Shown here piece by piece: positions 1-12,442 of a DNA stretch of 64,000 bases (the first letter of the stretch is position 1; every line of letters begins with the position of its first letter). The notes beneath the pieces are model-generated. The model was not told where the DNA came from. It saw only the letters and a program-made list of their open reading frames with translations, and made no database searches. Where the stretch lies: positions 744,001-808,000 of the forward strand of contig CP089278.1 in assembly GCA_023920165.1 (NCBI GenBank). The letters run 5' to 3'. Source of the DNA: Curvularia clavata. Lineage: Eukaryota. Position numbers and translations under genes: made by a program.

Positions 1-13
1 AACATCATCCGTG

Positions 14-2021
14 ATGCCAACACCCTCTACAGGCCCTCCTAAGCCTCGAAAACCCCGCCCGTCGCGAGCGCGAGTAAGTCTATGCCTAACAAGGCTATGT
101 AGCTGAATCCACTGACGGGTCATTCTCCGCTGTTAATAGGGTCTGCGCACAACCACCGGATGGTAAGTTCGTTAAGGCATCACTGAAACACGTCGCAAGA
201 CCTGCTGGGCCACGACGCGGCGTGGCCTTTGTAGACTCCAGCTAACGTATCCAGTCTCACTTGTAGACGGAGAAGAGTAAAATGTGACGAACTCAGGCCT
301 CGATGTGCAACATGCACAAAGTCAGACCGAGAATGCTTGTACTCATCCTCAAAAGATGCAGTGGCGGACACACCAAGTAACGCCTCGGGCTCTGTACAAT
401 CAACATCGCCTGCGCACGAAGATGCTTCTTCGTCTGCTGCTTTTTCACCGGGCTCTGCAGCCTCCTCTCGGAGACCTATTCCCCGTGAAATCGACCCTCA
501 GGTCTGGCAGGCCTCGCCTGAGCTCTTATTTGAATCCCCGTCAACTGTTATCAATTCTCTGCCATCGCCCAACTCGGCACCACTAGCGTACTACGACTTG
601 CTTGCCGAAGATGCCATGAACAATATTGACAAGCACAACCTCAATCTGGACCTGGAAAGAACCACGTTTTCACGCCCTTCAAGCCCGGAGATAGCAAGCC
701 CGGGGATAGGAACACCGAACCCCGATTCTCAGCTTGGCCGACAAGACCGATCGGCCGAAGATGCTCAGATGCAAGAACAATGGAACTCTACTGACATCTT
801 ACCGATAACAGAAGATGAGCTTGTTCTATTCAAACACTATGTGAGCGTCATTGGACCCATTCTGGACCTGAGTGATCCGTCCAAGCAATTCACGACAGTA
901 GTGCCTGCTCTTGCTGTTCACAATGTGGGCCTGCTAAAATCCCTGCTCGCAGTGGCTGCGCGTCACATGGCGCTCTTGAGCGAACCGCAGCTCCACCAAC
1001 TCAACCTCCAGGATCCTGTACCCACATCTGATACCACCAGCGCCAATCATTTACGAAACCCGCTCCTCCGAGCTGCGACACAATACTACTATGAAACTCT
1101 GCATTACCTCTCTAAAAATCTCTTCTACTCGTCGTACTCGAGGTCGAGGGAGATCATCTCAACATCCATCCTCATTAGCACATATGAGATGTGGGATTCC
1201 GAGGGCCAGTACAGCAACGGAGCATGGGAGAGGCATCTTCGCGGTATATTCTGGATTCAAAGAAGCCAGAATAACAACGGAGAATGTAAGGACCCACTGC
1301 GAAGAGCTGCATGGTGGCAATGGCTGCGTCAAGACTCGTGGGTTGCTTTTCGCGAAGGGCGACGCGTCCTGACAATATGGAGACCGACCAAACGTTTGAT
1401 GGATCTGACGCCTGATGGACTGGCTCTGCGTATTGTGTACATTTGCGGACGATGTATAGACTTTGCTGCAACTGAGAAAAAGTATGATATAGCCACGCGC
1501 ATTGAGCAAGCTGGAAAGCTACTGCAAGCCCTTGAAGACTGGCGCAAGGCGCTTCCGTCTTCATTCCAGCCTCTGTATCAAGGGCCCCAATTGATGCAAG
1601 GTGAGGCATTCCGGCCAATCTGGATCCACCCGCCTTCGTTTGCAGCTGCTATCCAAAACTTTCACATTGGAAGGATCTTGGTGCTGATCAACCAACCATC
1701 GATTGGAGGTATTGATGAGTTTCGAGTTCGACAGCGGGCATTGGATGAGAGTGTGGAGATCATCTGCGGTATTGCCCTGTCGCATCAATCAAAGGAGCTG
1801 CCGAGCGCCATGATCAACTTTCAGGCTATATACACTGGTAAGCCTTGGAATTTCACGTGTCGTGAAACTATGCTTACAACCATTTAGCTGGGCTATGCGT
1901 ACAAGATCCTGTCAAACAGGCAGCCATCCTACATCTTTTGGAACAGACTCTTGACATCACTAGATTCCCACCTAAGTCATTACTCGCAGACCTTGCCAGC
2001 TATTGGGGAGCTGAATCGTGA
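14..2021 (+). CDS. Zn(II)2Cys6 fungal transcription factor with C-terminal fungal-specific TF domain (4 exons)
   Basis: ATG at 14. Removing introns ~74-139, ~163-254 and ~1838-1887 gives ...[32 protein letters not shown] (six-Cys binuclear cluster) joined to ORF 337..1887 (LLKSLLAVAARH, WERHLRG, WWQWLRQD motifs). The last exon ends GAES* at 2021. Confidence 0.9.
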
Positions 2022-2663
2022 TTGAAAGCACGCGTCTGAAGTCCTAGCTTGAGCCGCCTTCGGCCAAGGTGACACCGCGCTCCGCGGCCATGGAGAAGCT
2101 TGGACCTAACCATTCTGCTAGGGCGGGCTCCGTTCGATCGGATACGATATGTACGGCATTGCTAGTGCCGAAACGCATGACAAGTGTAACAACACATTAG
2201 CACCAGTGCGTTCTGAGTATGCCGGTGCGGGAACAAGGAACCTCCAGCCGTGCTCCCGCTCTCCACACAGTACGCTTTGGCTTCGCGTGAGGCTCTGAAA
2301 GATGGGGTAGAAGCGGGGTGCATATTGCTGGATATGGGCTTTCCCGGTGGTCTCATATCTGTGCCTCGTAACGAGGTGTTTCCGAGGCACAATGTACCCC
2401 GCGTAGCAGTTCTCCTGCGTGTGTTTCCCCAGCATTTTCGTGCATGAGAAGGGTCGGGCTGCTCGACTCGAGCACCAATCAGCGCTCAGCATCTCCGCAT
2501 CTCCTCCGAACCGCCCTCTCCTGCACAATCATGTCATTGTGTATAGTTTGAGTTGCGGGCCTTCTCGAAAATGCCGACTACAACTGCCAAGCTCTAGCGA
2601 TCAACCTTACTGGCACACTCTACTCACTCCTCTTTGAAGACACTCTTATCCATATTCACCATC

Positions 2664-3626
2664 ATGGCTGTAACCAAGGAAAACCGCACGTTGGCCATCC
2701 TCAGTGCCGCTGAGGCTGGGGGTTACGGCGTCATGGCCGCCATTGCGTAAGAAATCACCTCTCGACGTCTTGCGCACCACTGAATCCCCCAGGTACAACT
2801 TGGAACACTTGACTGCTCTGGTCCGCGCAGCCGAAGCAAAACGATCGCCTCTCATAATCCAACTATTCCCGTCGACGCTCAAGCAACTCCCTCTGCTCGC
2901 TCACGCCGCTGCACACGCCGTAAAAATATCCACCGTACCACTCTCCCTACACATCGACCACGCCCAGAATGTCGAACACATCCGAGAAATCATCGACACA
3001 CTTCCTGTCGATTCCGTGATGGTAGACATGTCTCATTACGACGAGGCCGAGAACCTAGAGAAGACGAGGATACTGACAAAGGAATGTCACGACCGAGGTA
3101 TTGCAGTCGAGGCGGAGAGCGGAAGGATCGAGGGAGGGGAAGATGGTATTGCTGACACTGGCGATCTTCAGGGTATGATTCTCATGCCTCAGACTCCTTG
3201 TTCATCACTGACTTCTGAGTAGCGCTCTTCACGTCCCCCGAAGACGTCGACAACTTCATCGCCGCCGGAATCGATATTCTCGCCCCGTCCATCGGCAACG
3301 TGCACGGCGACTACGGCCCCGCCGGCCCAAAGGAAGGCCAATTACACTATGACCGTCTCGAATCGATAAATAAACAGGTCAATAAGCGCGTAAGGATTGC
3401 GCTACATGGCACCAATGATTTTCCGCCAGAGGTTATGCAGCGCTGCATCCGATCGGGTGCTATCAAGCTCAATGTGAATAAGTTGTTGCTTGAGGCGGGA
3501 AATGAGGTGTTGAGAAAGAATGCGCCGACGACGCTATTGGCGAAGTTAATTGATATGCAGATGGATGCGATACAGAGGGAGACGGAGAGGTGGATGGATA
3601 TTTGTGGGAGCAGCGGGAAGGCGTAA
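2664..3626 (+). CDS. Class II (metal-dependent) fructose/tagatose-bisphosphate aldolase-family protein (3 exons)
   Basis: MAVTKENRTLAILSAAEAGGYGVMAA start; motifs LHIDH, VMVDMSH, VEAESGRIEGGED, SIGNVHG, ALHGT, KLNVN; introns near 2747-2793 and 3173-3222. Confidence 0.9.
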
Positions 3627-3916
3627 AACTGGGGCTGTTGGGTTGGAGGAGAAAGAGATGCCCGATCGTAGTTGCATGTATACATAGATAGTGTTATCGC
3701 CTTTCAAAAGTATTCGCACAAAAACAACGAGTTATTATTAGAATTGATAAACAACTCTCGCCAGACATCTACTACTCTACAACACTGCTCATGTGACACA
3801 AGCGCACCCCATGGCATCTCCCCATCAAAAATAAATAAATCGCAAAACACGTCTACAGATACATCCATACAGGGATGCAACAGACGACTCGACGACAGCA
3901 AAAAAGAACTCAGATG

Positions 3917-4003
3917 AGGTCTTGCCCGGAATCGAACCGGGGTTGCCGGAAGACTCTGACGCTGTATCAGAATCCGGAGTGATAACCGCTACACTACAAA
4001 ACC
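3917..4003 (-). tRNA. tRNA-Gln(CTG) with 15-nt intron (3952-3966)
   Basis: Minus strand reads GGTTTTG TA GTGTAGCGGTTATCAC T CCGGA TT CTG A [intron] T TCCGG CAAC CCCGG TTCGATT CCGGG CAAGACC T. All stems pair, the T-loop is GTTCGA, and the intron lies after position 37; 72 nt after splicing. Confidence 0.93.
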
Positions 4004-4684
4004 GATGTTTATTTCCTGATTAGAAAAATATATATAGTTACACAACAACTCATTGCGCTTGCAAGTGCTCATTTCTCGGTCACTTCGTAGACATCTAGCA
4101 AGATGAAAAAGTTTTCGCGCATGTCGGGGCGCCAGATGTGGGGCTGAGGTGGAGTTTGGAGGGGTAGGTCCTGTATATGCAGATTGAGCAACAGAGAAAC
4201 GACCGGGCGAAGAAAAGCGCGGTGTATGACAAAACTAGTTGACAGGACGTGATTTGTGTGTGGATGTGATTCTAAATGGTAGGAGATGCGCGCGGACCTG
4301 GCTTGGAAGGAGTGGTGAGAGTGCGACGGATGCTGGCTGTGGGTATGTTGCCGCGACATGGTTTGTGAGGAGAGGACGGAGCGTTCAGAGTGCTTGTGCG
4401 GGCGAGGTGCGTGGTAGGTAGTAGAGAGGGAAGGGAGAGTGGGGACAGCTGGGTAGGTTGTTTGGGGAGGAGAAGGTTCTGGGCAGTGAACGTATGCATC
4501 TGAGACAGGCTTGCGTTTGCCTCTAGTTTGAGCAAACTATACAGTCCCAATATACCACCCCGTAGCTCGAAAATAGAGTAAATATTTTCGGAGATAGGTT
4601 ACAGCCTTGCGAATTAAACGCCATGATCTATGCTATGCGTTTCTAGCTTCCCGAAGGAGAGGTGTATCTATTCCTGCAACACGT

Positions 4685-6532
4685 CTATGAAAACGAGGGC
4701 TGGAGCTTCCCAGACACCCTCTCCATCACTCTGACCGGCAGCAAACTATCATAAACGTGGTTGATCCACTCACAGCAAACGCGTCGCGTATATGCCGGAT
4801 CAATAATCTCTTCAACGCCAAACGCATTCGCAGTGCGAACAGGGTTCATCAACCGCTTGTACTCGGCTTCAAGCTCAGCGTAACGCTTGTCACGCGCTTC
4901 TTTCCCTTCTTTCCTCTCGACTTCTTTAAGTTCAAAAGAATGTCCGACTTCGATACCACCTTCCAGCGGCAAGGAACCCCAAGTGCCAGAAGGCCAGGCA
5001 ACACGCATGCGAGGATCACGGCAATCTAGCATGACGCCTCCTGCTACACCGTATACCCGGCGCACGATGACGTTGAAGATGGGCATAGTTGTACTGTAGT
5101 ATGTCGTTGCAAGTGTGATGCCATGTCGCATCGTGGCATTACGCTCCGCAACAGTGCCAATAGCATATCCTGGAATGTCGACGAATTGGAGGAGCGGGAT
5201 ATTGAAGACATCCAGGAACTTGAGCATACGAGTAATCTTTTGTGATCCCAATGCATCGAGTGCACCCGCGTTGACCTCGCAGTTAAGCGATACAATACCG
5301 ACTGGGTTTCCTCCCAGACGCGCCAAACCAACGATAGCCGTGGTCCCCCACAGGGCGCCAATCTCGAAGAACGACCCTTGATCCACTACTTCGGCGATGA
5401 TGGCACGGGGATTGTACATCCTATTTTTGGCTCGCGGGATGATTGATCGAAGTTTTTCTGATGTTCGATCGATCGGATCGGTGCAGTCGATTACAGGAGG
5501 TAGTTTTGTGCCGCAATCAGGGAGGTAACTTAGTACCGTTCTGATCTGTTCGAAACAGCCGGCCTCATCGGGTGCGAGGTTGTCGATTGTGCCGTTTGTG
5601 CAGTGTACGGCAGGGCCTCCAAGATCTGTCAATGACAGTTCTTCTTCGAACGTAGCGTTCTTGACAACATTTGGCCCTGCGTTGAATAGCGCTCCAATGT
5701 CGCCAGCCATGACAGAAAAGTGGCAAGACACAACACGAGCTGCTCCCAAGCCGATAGCTGGTCCTAAAACCGCACCTAGATTCGGTATGCCGGCATTAAG
5801 TTGGCTGACGACATGTTCGAAGGCAGGTAGAGGAGGGATGTACGAGTATCCCCAAGAGCGAATTGTAGTCACAGAGCCTCCTCCGGACGAGCCGTCTACG
5901 AGTTTGACAATGGGAAGCTTGAGCGCAAAGGAGAGTTTCTCCATATAAAGCTATGTTCATGAGCGACTCTGCAGAAGAACGAATTCTTGGACGTACCGTC
6001 TTCTCCATCAGTGAGCCATCGGCATGTCCAGCACGTATTGAAAAGTCGTCCGCTGTAAAAACAATCTTTCGTCCTCGCAATTTTCCAAAACCTATGATGG
6101 ATTAGCATCTACTGCAACCAAACCTGTATGAGCCATACCCTGGACATTATTTGACGGTACATATTCCTCTGGCTCTTCTTTTGACGGCCCCAACTGTTTC
6201 CACTTGACTGTACCACTGACACTGCCCACCTCCTGGAAACTGCCCTCGTCCAGTAATTGCTCAACTCTTTCACGAACCCATAGTTTCCCAGCCTGCTTCT
6301 GCCTCACATAGCCTCGATTCTTCGGATCAGGTGTGACGGCAATCTTCCGAAGTGTTGCAATTTGCCCAAGTATATCCGAGTAGTCGGCCGGTAGATCTGA
6401 ATCTGCGCCCTTTCTCCGTCGTCTTCTAGGCGTCTCAGGCGCGATGTGCGAACTGACCTGAGCGAGCCTGGCTTTCGCAGCTTCAGATGACGTCGACGCG
6501 TCTTTTGGGGGATTTTGCTCGTCACCAGCCAT
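4685..6532 (-). CDS. Carboxyltransferase (beta) subunit of a biotin-dependent acyl-CoA carboxylase (PCC/MCC/GCC-beta-like), 3 exons
   Basis: ORFs 6092..6595, 5796..6080 and 4685..5944 splice together; motifs GKLWVRERVEQLLD, ADDFSIRAG, LVDGSSGGG, LFNAGP, DLGGPAVH, FVDIPG, VRRVYG, EEIIDPAYTR. Confidence 0.9.
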
Positions 6533-6984
6533 TGCAATGGAGAGGAGAGTTGGAACAATTGCACTACAAGGCTCCAGAGAGGAGACCCTGTTCAATTGTC
6601 ATATTCGAAGTAGATAACCTGACACACGCTCAGACAATTGTCGCGGTGCAAGGTTGGGGTAAGGCCGGGGAACCGAGGCATCTGGTCGTTCCCCCGCTTA
6701 CCCATGCCCTTCTCGGGATAGCTGACGGTAATTCCGAATGTCGCGCCCATGTCACCGCAACGACGACCCTGAAATAATCGACATATCATGTATGCTTCGG
6801 TCAATATGTAAAGAGCCTCATACTTAGTATACGTCGCATCTTACACGCTGTGAACTCCGAGACACTGCTATCTCACCCTGATTCTCATTGATTTGTATTC
6901 CAACTTATTTCCTTCGACCATAGAAAATACGATTTCTGGTGCCATTTGATAGAAGTATCACTTGGTCTCTCGGGAGCAGAGAAA

Positions 6985-9042
6985 ATGGACCGTCCGTTGC
7001 AAAGGCCCATCCAGCGACTTTTGGTCGCCAACAGAGGAGAAATTGCAACAAGAATCATTTCCACAGCCCGAGAACTCGGTATTGAGACGTACGCTATTTA
7101 TACTGCTGGCGACGACTCGCATGCTGCAAGAGCAGCTCATGCAATCCAGCTCGAGTCGGCAGCTACTTTCATGAGCATCGATGGCCTCATTGAAATCATC
7201 AGGCAACATCAGATCGATGCTGTGCACCCTGGATATGGCTTTCTTTCCGAGTCTGAGAATTTTTGCAAGAGAGCGTGGGAAGAAGCAGGTGCAGTAGTTG
7301 TGGGCCCTGGATGGGGTATCCTCAGTAATACCGGGGACAAGCTAAAGGCGAAACAGCTTGCTGAGGGATGTAAGTCACGTGGGTACAAGCGATACAATCT
7401 CCGTGAGACTGATTTCTATACAGGCAACGTTCCGACATGTCCAGCACTTGAGAACCCCACCAACAGGATCGAAGATATACAGCAATTTGCCTCACGGGTG
7501 GGCTATCCCGTCATGGTCAAAGCTGTAGATGGAGGTGGTGGTCGTGGAATCCGACTTATTCGTAGCGAAGATCAACTCGCGTCATCAGTGAAACGAGCAG
7601 TCGAAGAGAGCCCGTCCAAGACCGTGTTTGCCGAGAAGGCAGCAGTCGACGGCTTCCGACATATCGAGGTCCAGATTATCGGCGACGGCACCGGCAATGT
7701 GACGCATCTGTGGGAACGCGAATGCAGCATCCAACGGCGTTATCAGAAAGTTGTAGAGCTGGCGCCGAGCGTTGTAGCCGAGCGGTCGTTGATTGCGAAC
7801 ATTATCGAAGCCGCGTTGAGAATGGCAAGACATGTTCGTGAACATTGAACCCCATTCTGACAAACAAGACTGACTGTTGATTAGGTTCAATACTTCTCCC
7901 TAGGAACATTCGAATTTCTTGCCAACCCAGTCTCGAAAGAATACTACTTTCTAGAAGTCAATCCACGGCTACAAGTTGAGCATACCATCACCGAATGCAT
8001 ATCCATGACCGACATTGTCAAAGCCCAGCTCCTACTCGCCCAAGGAGCTACAATCGAAAGCTGTGGTCTCCCAAGCACCCCCAGAGACCCCAAGACGCCG
8101 CCGACTGCACATTCAATCCAGCTGCGCATTACAGCCGAAAATGTACAAAGCGACTGGTCTCTCTCGATTGGAAAAATCACCTCTTTCCAATTCCCCTTTG
8201 GCAATGGCATACGCGTTGATACGCACCTCGCCAGCAGCCGTCCAACCATCGTAACCTCCGACTACGACAGTCTTTTGGCCAAAGTCATCATCACAGCCTC
8301 CACCTGGCCCGACGCCGTGCGCAAAGCCCAGCGCGCCCTTTCCGACACGCAGATCAGTGGCGTGAAAACAAACATCGCTATGCTCCAAGCCGTAGCCTCG
8401 CACCCAGACTTCCTCGCCGGAAACTGCGACACACAGTGGCTTGAACGAAACCAAAGCGCACTGTTGCAACAAGCTCAAGCCATCTCCTCTTCATCCTCCT
8501 CCAATAACCTCTCCACGGGAGCGACATCCACGCCCACAACTCTCTCTACCCCAAGCACCACCCTCTTCCGGAAAGGCGACGCATGGTCTCTCGCCCTCTC
8601 GCCTGCCTCCAACCCCTCCCAATCTACACCGCACCACCTCGAACTAACCCGCATCCACCGCAACGACTTCCCTTCCTCCCTGACCGCCTCAATCCTGTTC
8701 ACCTCCCCTGGCGCCACACCAACGCCCTACACCCTGACTCTCACGTCGACCTCGGCTAGCGCCTCTGCCGCAACAGCCCAGCACCGCCGCGGCAATCCCG
8801 CCGACGCCTCGCACGTTGTGATACCTTTTCCAGGGAAGCTAGTTGAGGTGCTTGTGGAAGAAGGGGATGTGCTGGAGCAAGGGGATGTAGTGTGTGTTGT
8901 GCAGCAGATGAAGATGGAGTTGGAAGTGAGGAGTGCGCGGAGAGGAAGGGTGAGTTGGGTTGTGGAGGTTGCAGAAGGGGAGGATGTGGGAGAAGGGACG
9001 TTGGCGGCGGTTGTCGAGGTGGAGAAGAGTGCGAGATTGTAA
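6985..9042 (+). CDS. Biotin carboxylase + biotin-carrier (alpha) subunit of an acyl-CoA carboxylase, 3 exons
   Basis: LLVANRGEIA, HPGYGFLSE, KAVDGGGGRG, RHIEVQ, ERECSIQRRYQK, LEVNPRLQVEH, YDSLLAK. C-terminal biotinyl domain with QQMKME (biotinylated Lys); ends -KSARL. Confidence 0.92.
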
Positions 9043-9125
9043 CGTTTATGGCTTTGTTTTCGATACGTAGAGAGAAATATGTATGTACTAATCTGTATAT
9101 ATATATATCTTTGTTGAAAAGGGCG

Positions 9126-9797
9126 CTACATTATCTCGCATGTAACCCTCGTATGAACATTTCCCCTCGTCGCTCTACTGTATGGGCACACTTCTTGCGC
9201 TTTGTCCACGACTTTCTTTAGATCTTGCTCGGATAGGCCGCGTACTTTGACGAGTAGTTGTACGCGCAGACCCAGGTCGAGATCTTTCATGTTGCCGACG
9301 AGTTCGACGGTGGATTCGACAATGGAGTCGGAGGGGGTAGTGGGCATTTTTATGCCCATGGAGGCGGCGGAGGCGTTCATGGCGGATTGGAAACATGCGC
9401 CCTGAAGGGTGAAGGGGTGGGTTAGCATGTCTGGCATTGTGAAATGGAAAAGGGAAGGACGTACGTAGCCTGCAGCGAAGAGTTCTTCCGGGTTGGTTTT
9501 GCCCTTGTCGCCGGCGCCGCCAAGGGCTTTGGCCATGGTCAGATCGACCTTGAGGTTTTCGCCGTCGACGTGGCTATATTTGGTTTTGTTAGCTTTCGAC
9601 GCGGAAATAGATTACATTAGAGATGTAGAACGATTCTTTGCGTACCCTGTTCGTGCCCCGACAACTTTGGCGTGTGCCGAGTAGAGGCTAGGTGCGGTCT
9701 CGGTGTTCAGGAAGCGGCGGCATGGCGGTGCAATGATGCTTCGCTGCGAAACGCGAAGAGCATGGCGAAGCGTTGGTACAACAGATTTACTGGCCAT
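9126..9797 (-). CDS. ohr: Ohr/OsmC-family organic hydroperoxide peroxidase with probable mitochondrial presequence
   Basis: Spliced product has ARTG, TNPEELFAAGYGACF (peroxidatic Cys) and VCPYS (resolving Cys). The N-terminus MASKSVVPTLRHALRVSQRS... is Arg/Ser-rich and lacks acidic residues. Confidence 0.9.
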
Positions 9798-10374
9798 TGT
9801 GTTAAAAGATTTCATGAGCAGAAATGTTTAACAGTTGAGAACCAGGAAAGAAGATTGAAATATAAACAATTGTGTGAGAGGAAAGCTAATTAACTCCAGG
9901 TTACGTAGACTCAACAGTAGAGCGAAAGTTTGGGAGCTATGACAGCTGTGACGTTGCTGCATCCGTCCGGCTCTGCTCTGCATGAATGCAAAAGTCATGA
10001 CGTTTGCGAGAGAGCTTCATTGTGGAGCTTAGCGGGTTAGCGCGAGGTACTCCCGCCGCTAGGAAGCGAAATCTGGGGGAAGGGTAAGCTGGTGTGGAGC
10101 AAGCAGCGTGGAATCTCAAGGTAGGCAAACCGATCAAAGAAGTAGCAAATTTTAGATGTTAAACATTGTATACTACGCAAGGCACAACACTTCGTTGGTG
10201 ATCATAATGCCGGAGATTGTTGCAGGTGACATGGCACACTGACAACACTGTGTTGGGATAACGCTAAGAAAATGGAAAGTGTTATAATAGAGAAAAGAAC
10301 AGAGCGCGATATTTTGTGATCAACAATAGAGATTCTAAGCTTTTTGTGCAGTGCTTCGTGTTTCATGACATTGT

Positions 10375-11686
10375 TCAATAATCTAATGTCTTTTTGATAG
10401 CGTCGTACACCCCTAATCAGGTTAGAACAAGGTAAAGCCATGTGAGACAGTGGAACAACTTACGTGTAACGTCCGGAATGATGAATTGCTCAAACATGAG
10501 CCCAGTGTGTGTTGCCCAACCGGTAACCCTCTTCACTGGAGCCTCTAACCTCAGGAAAGCCTTTTCTTGGATGGTAGCAGCAACCTCTGCGCCGACGCCA
10601 GCGTTCATCATGCTCTCGTGGACTACAATGGCTCTGCCAGTCTTTTTGACGCTTTCCAGAACCGTCTCGCGATCCCAGGGGTAGATGGTTCGCAGATCGA
10701 TCAACTCGACACTGCATCCAAAGTCCTTCTCGGCAGCTGCTATGGCGGCAGAGCAAGTATAAAGTGGGGTGCCGTAGGATATTATTGTCACGTCCTTGCC
10801 TGTCTTGACAACTTCAGCCTTGTCTAGTGGAAGGTGGTAGGCATCGACTGGGACTTGCTCAACAGCAGCGCGATACAAGATCTTGGGCTCCATGAAGATG
10901 ACGGGGTCTTGGCAGCGAATGGCAGAAAGGAGAAGGCCCTTTGCCTGGACGGGCGAGCGAGGTATCACGACGCGGAGACCAGGTGTGTGAGTGAAGAGGG
11001 CCTCTGGTGACTGTGTGTGGTATCTAGGCAAAAAGTCAGTTTTGGTAAGGATTCGGGTAGCTCATCACTTACAGAGCACCGTGTCCGACGCTGCCCGTTG
11101 GCATGCGTATGACCAAGCCACCACAGTTGACACCAGTTTTGCCTGACCGATACCTGTACTTGGCGGCCTCGTTGTGGATCTGGTCGAATGCGGGGAAGAC
11201 GTAGTCTGCAAACTGGACCTCTGCTACAGGCTTCATGCCCTCGGCGGCAGCACCAATGGCAAAGCCGACCAGGCCCTGCTCGCTCAATGGCGTGTTGAAG
11301 ACACGCTCTGTACCAAAATCGCCAGCCAGATTCATGGTGCAGCGGAAGACACCTCCAAACTGAACGTCCTCTCCGAAGACCATGACTCTTTCGTCCGTCT
11401 GAAGGGCATGTCGAAGGGCCTCGTTGATGGCGGTGTACAGGTTGATGCGCTTCGTCTGGCCGTTCCGTATCTCTGCGGGCAACTCGGGGTTGGAGAGGGC
11501 GGACTTGGCCGTGTGATGGAGGATTGGGGTCGTGTCGTACTCGACTGTGCCATTGAGACGTGCGCCTGGTGCAGCGGCCGAATAGGTCCTGCGTTGGATG
11601 CGGGCTTGACAGAGAGGGCGAAGCGGAGTCTGAGAGCGCAGCAGGGAACGCGACAGGGTACGGACTGAGGGAGTTTTGGAAGCCAT
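10375..11686 (-). CDS. Branched-chain 2-oxoacid (2-oxoisovalerate) dehydrogenase E1 beta subunit, mitochondrial, 3 exons
   Basis: [73 protein letters not shown]; mitochondrial-type N-terminus; last exon [10 protein letters not shown]. Confidence 0.93.
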
Positions 11687-12442
11687 TATGACCGAGGCGA
11701 GAGCAACACGTCTATCCAGCAACAGTGCAAAGAGACATGTATGCAAACCATGGTGGGCGTAAACAGGCGAGCCGACGGGTTTGCGGTTGTGCGGTTGTAT
11801 GCGGCGGCTAACCGCGGCTCTCCAGCTGGGATGCAGCGCGGAGGTGAGTTGCGGGTTCCCCGGACCGGACGGCTCGTCATGTGTTTCACCAGCCACTATT
11901 CAGCCACGGCAGTTTGAGCTACGGAGCATAGCTGCAGCCACAGCTAGCCACAGCGCATGCACAATGACGCCGAGAGTGGCTTCCAGGGTGTGTCATTGTG
12001 GTTCCCACGGTGGAGACAGCCTAGCGTAAGCGTGTATGAATGCGTGTGTGGTGGCGGCGCCTCGGCTATCTTTTTCGTCTGCATGCAGGGCTGGTTCCTG
12101 CGCATGCTTGGATTCGTAACGATGGGCAGCGTGAGCAGAGGACTTCGAGACGGTGGCAGAGACTGCCCAGCGGCGGAAGCTTGGCTGCATGTGTTGCCAT
12201 GGGCGCGAGGCTCTCTTTTGTTGGGGAAAACGCTGGGCGCTCTCTCAATGGCGGGTCCTGGCCTAGCCTGCCAGGCGGGCCGCGCACGGGCCATCCAAAC
12301 CGCTGCTTCCGCATCGCCATCATTATTTGCGCAACCACCCACCAACGGCTTCCGTCTGCCCAGCACGCTTCGCTCCTCTTATACGGCCGCCGTCTTCATC
12401 CACCCCGCGCACTACGGTGCCTGCATCTTGCTAGCTGTGGCT

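Noticed and set aside
4069..4550. Short overlapping minus-strand ORFs between the tRNA and the carboxyltransferase
   Set aside because: Low-complexity purine/pyrimidine-skewed sequence, no domain, no consistent splice model.
11957..12442. Long in-frame 5' extension of the MAM3 ORF, and the similar extension of BCKDH to 11896
   Set aside because: GC-rich divergent promoter/UTR DNA. The extensions look non-protein-like, and better starts exist at 12443/12449 and 11686.
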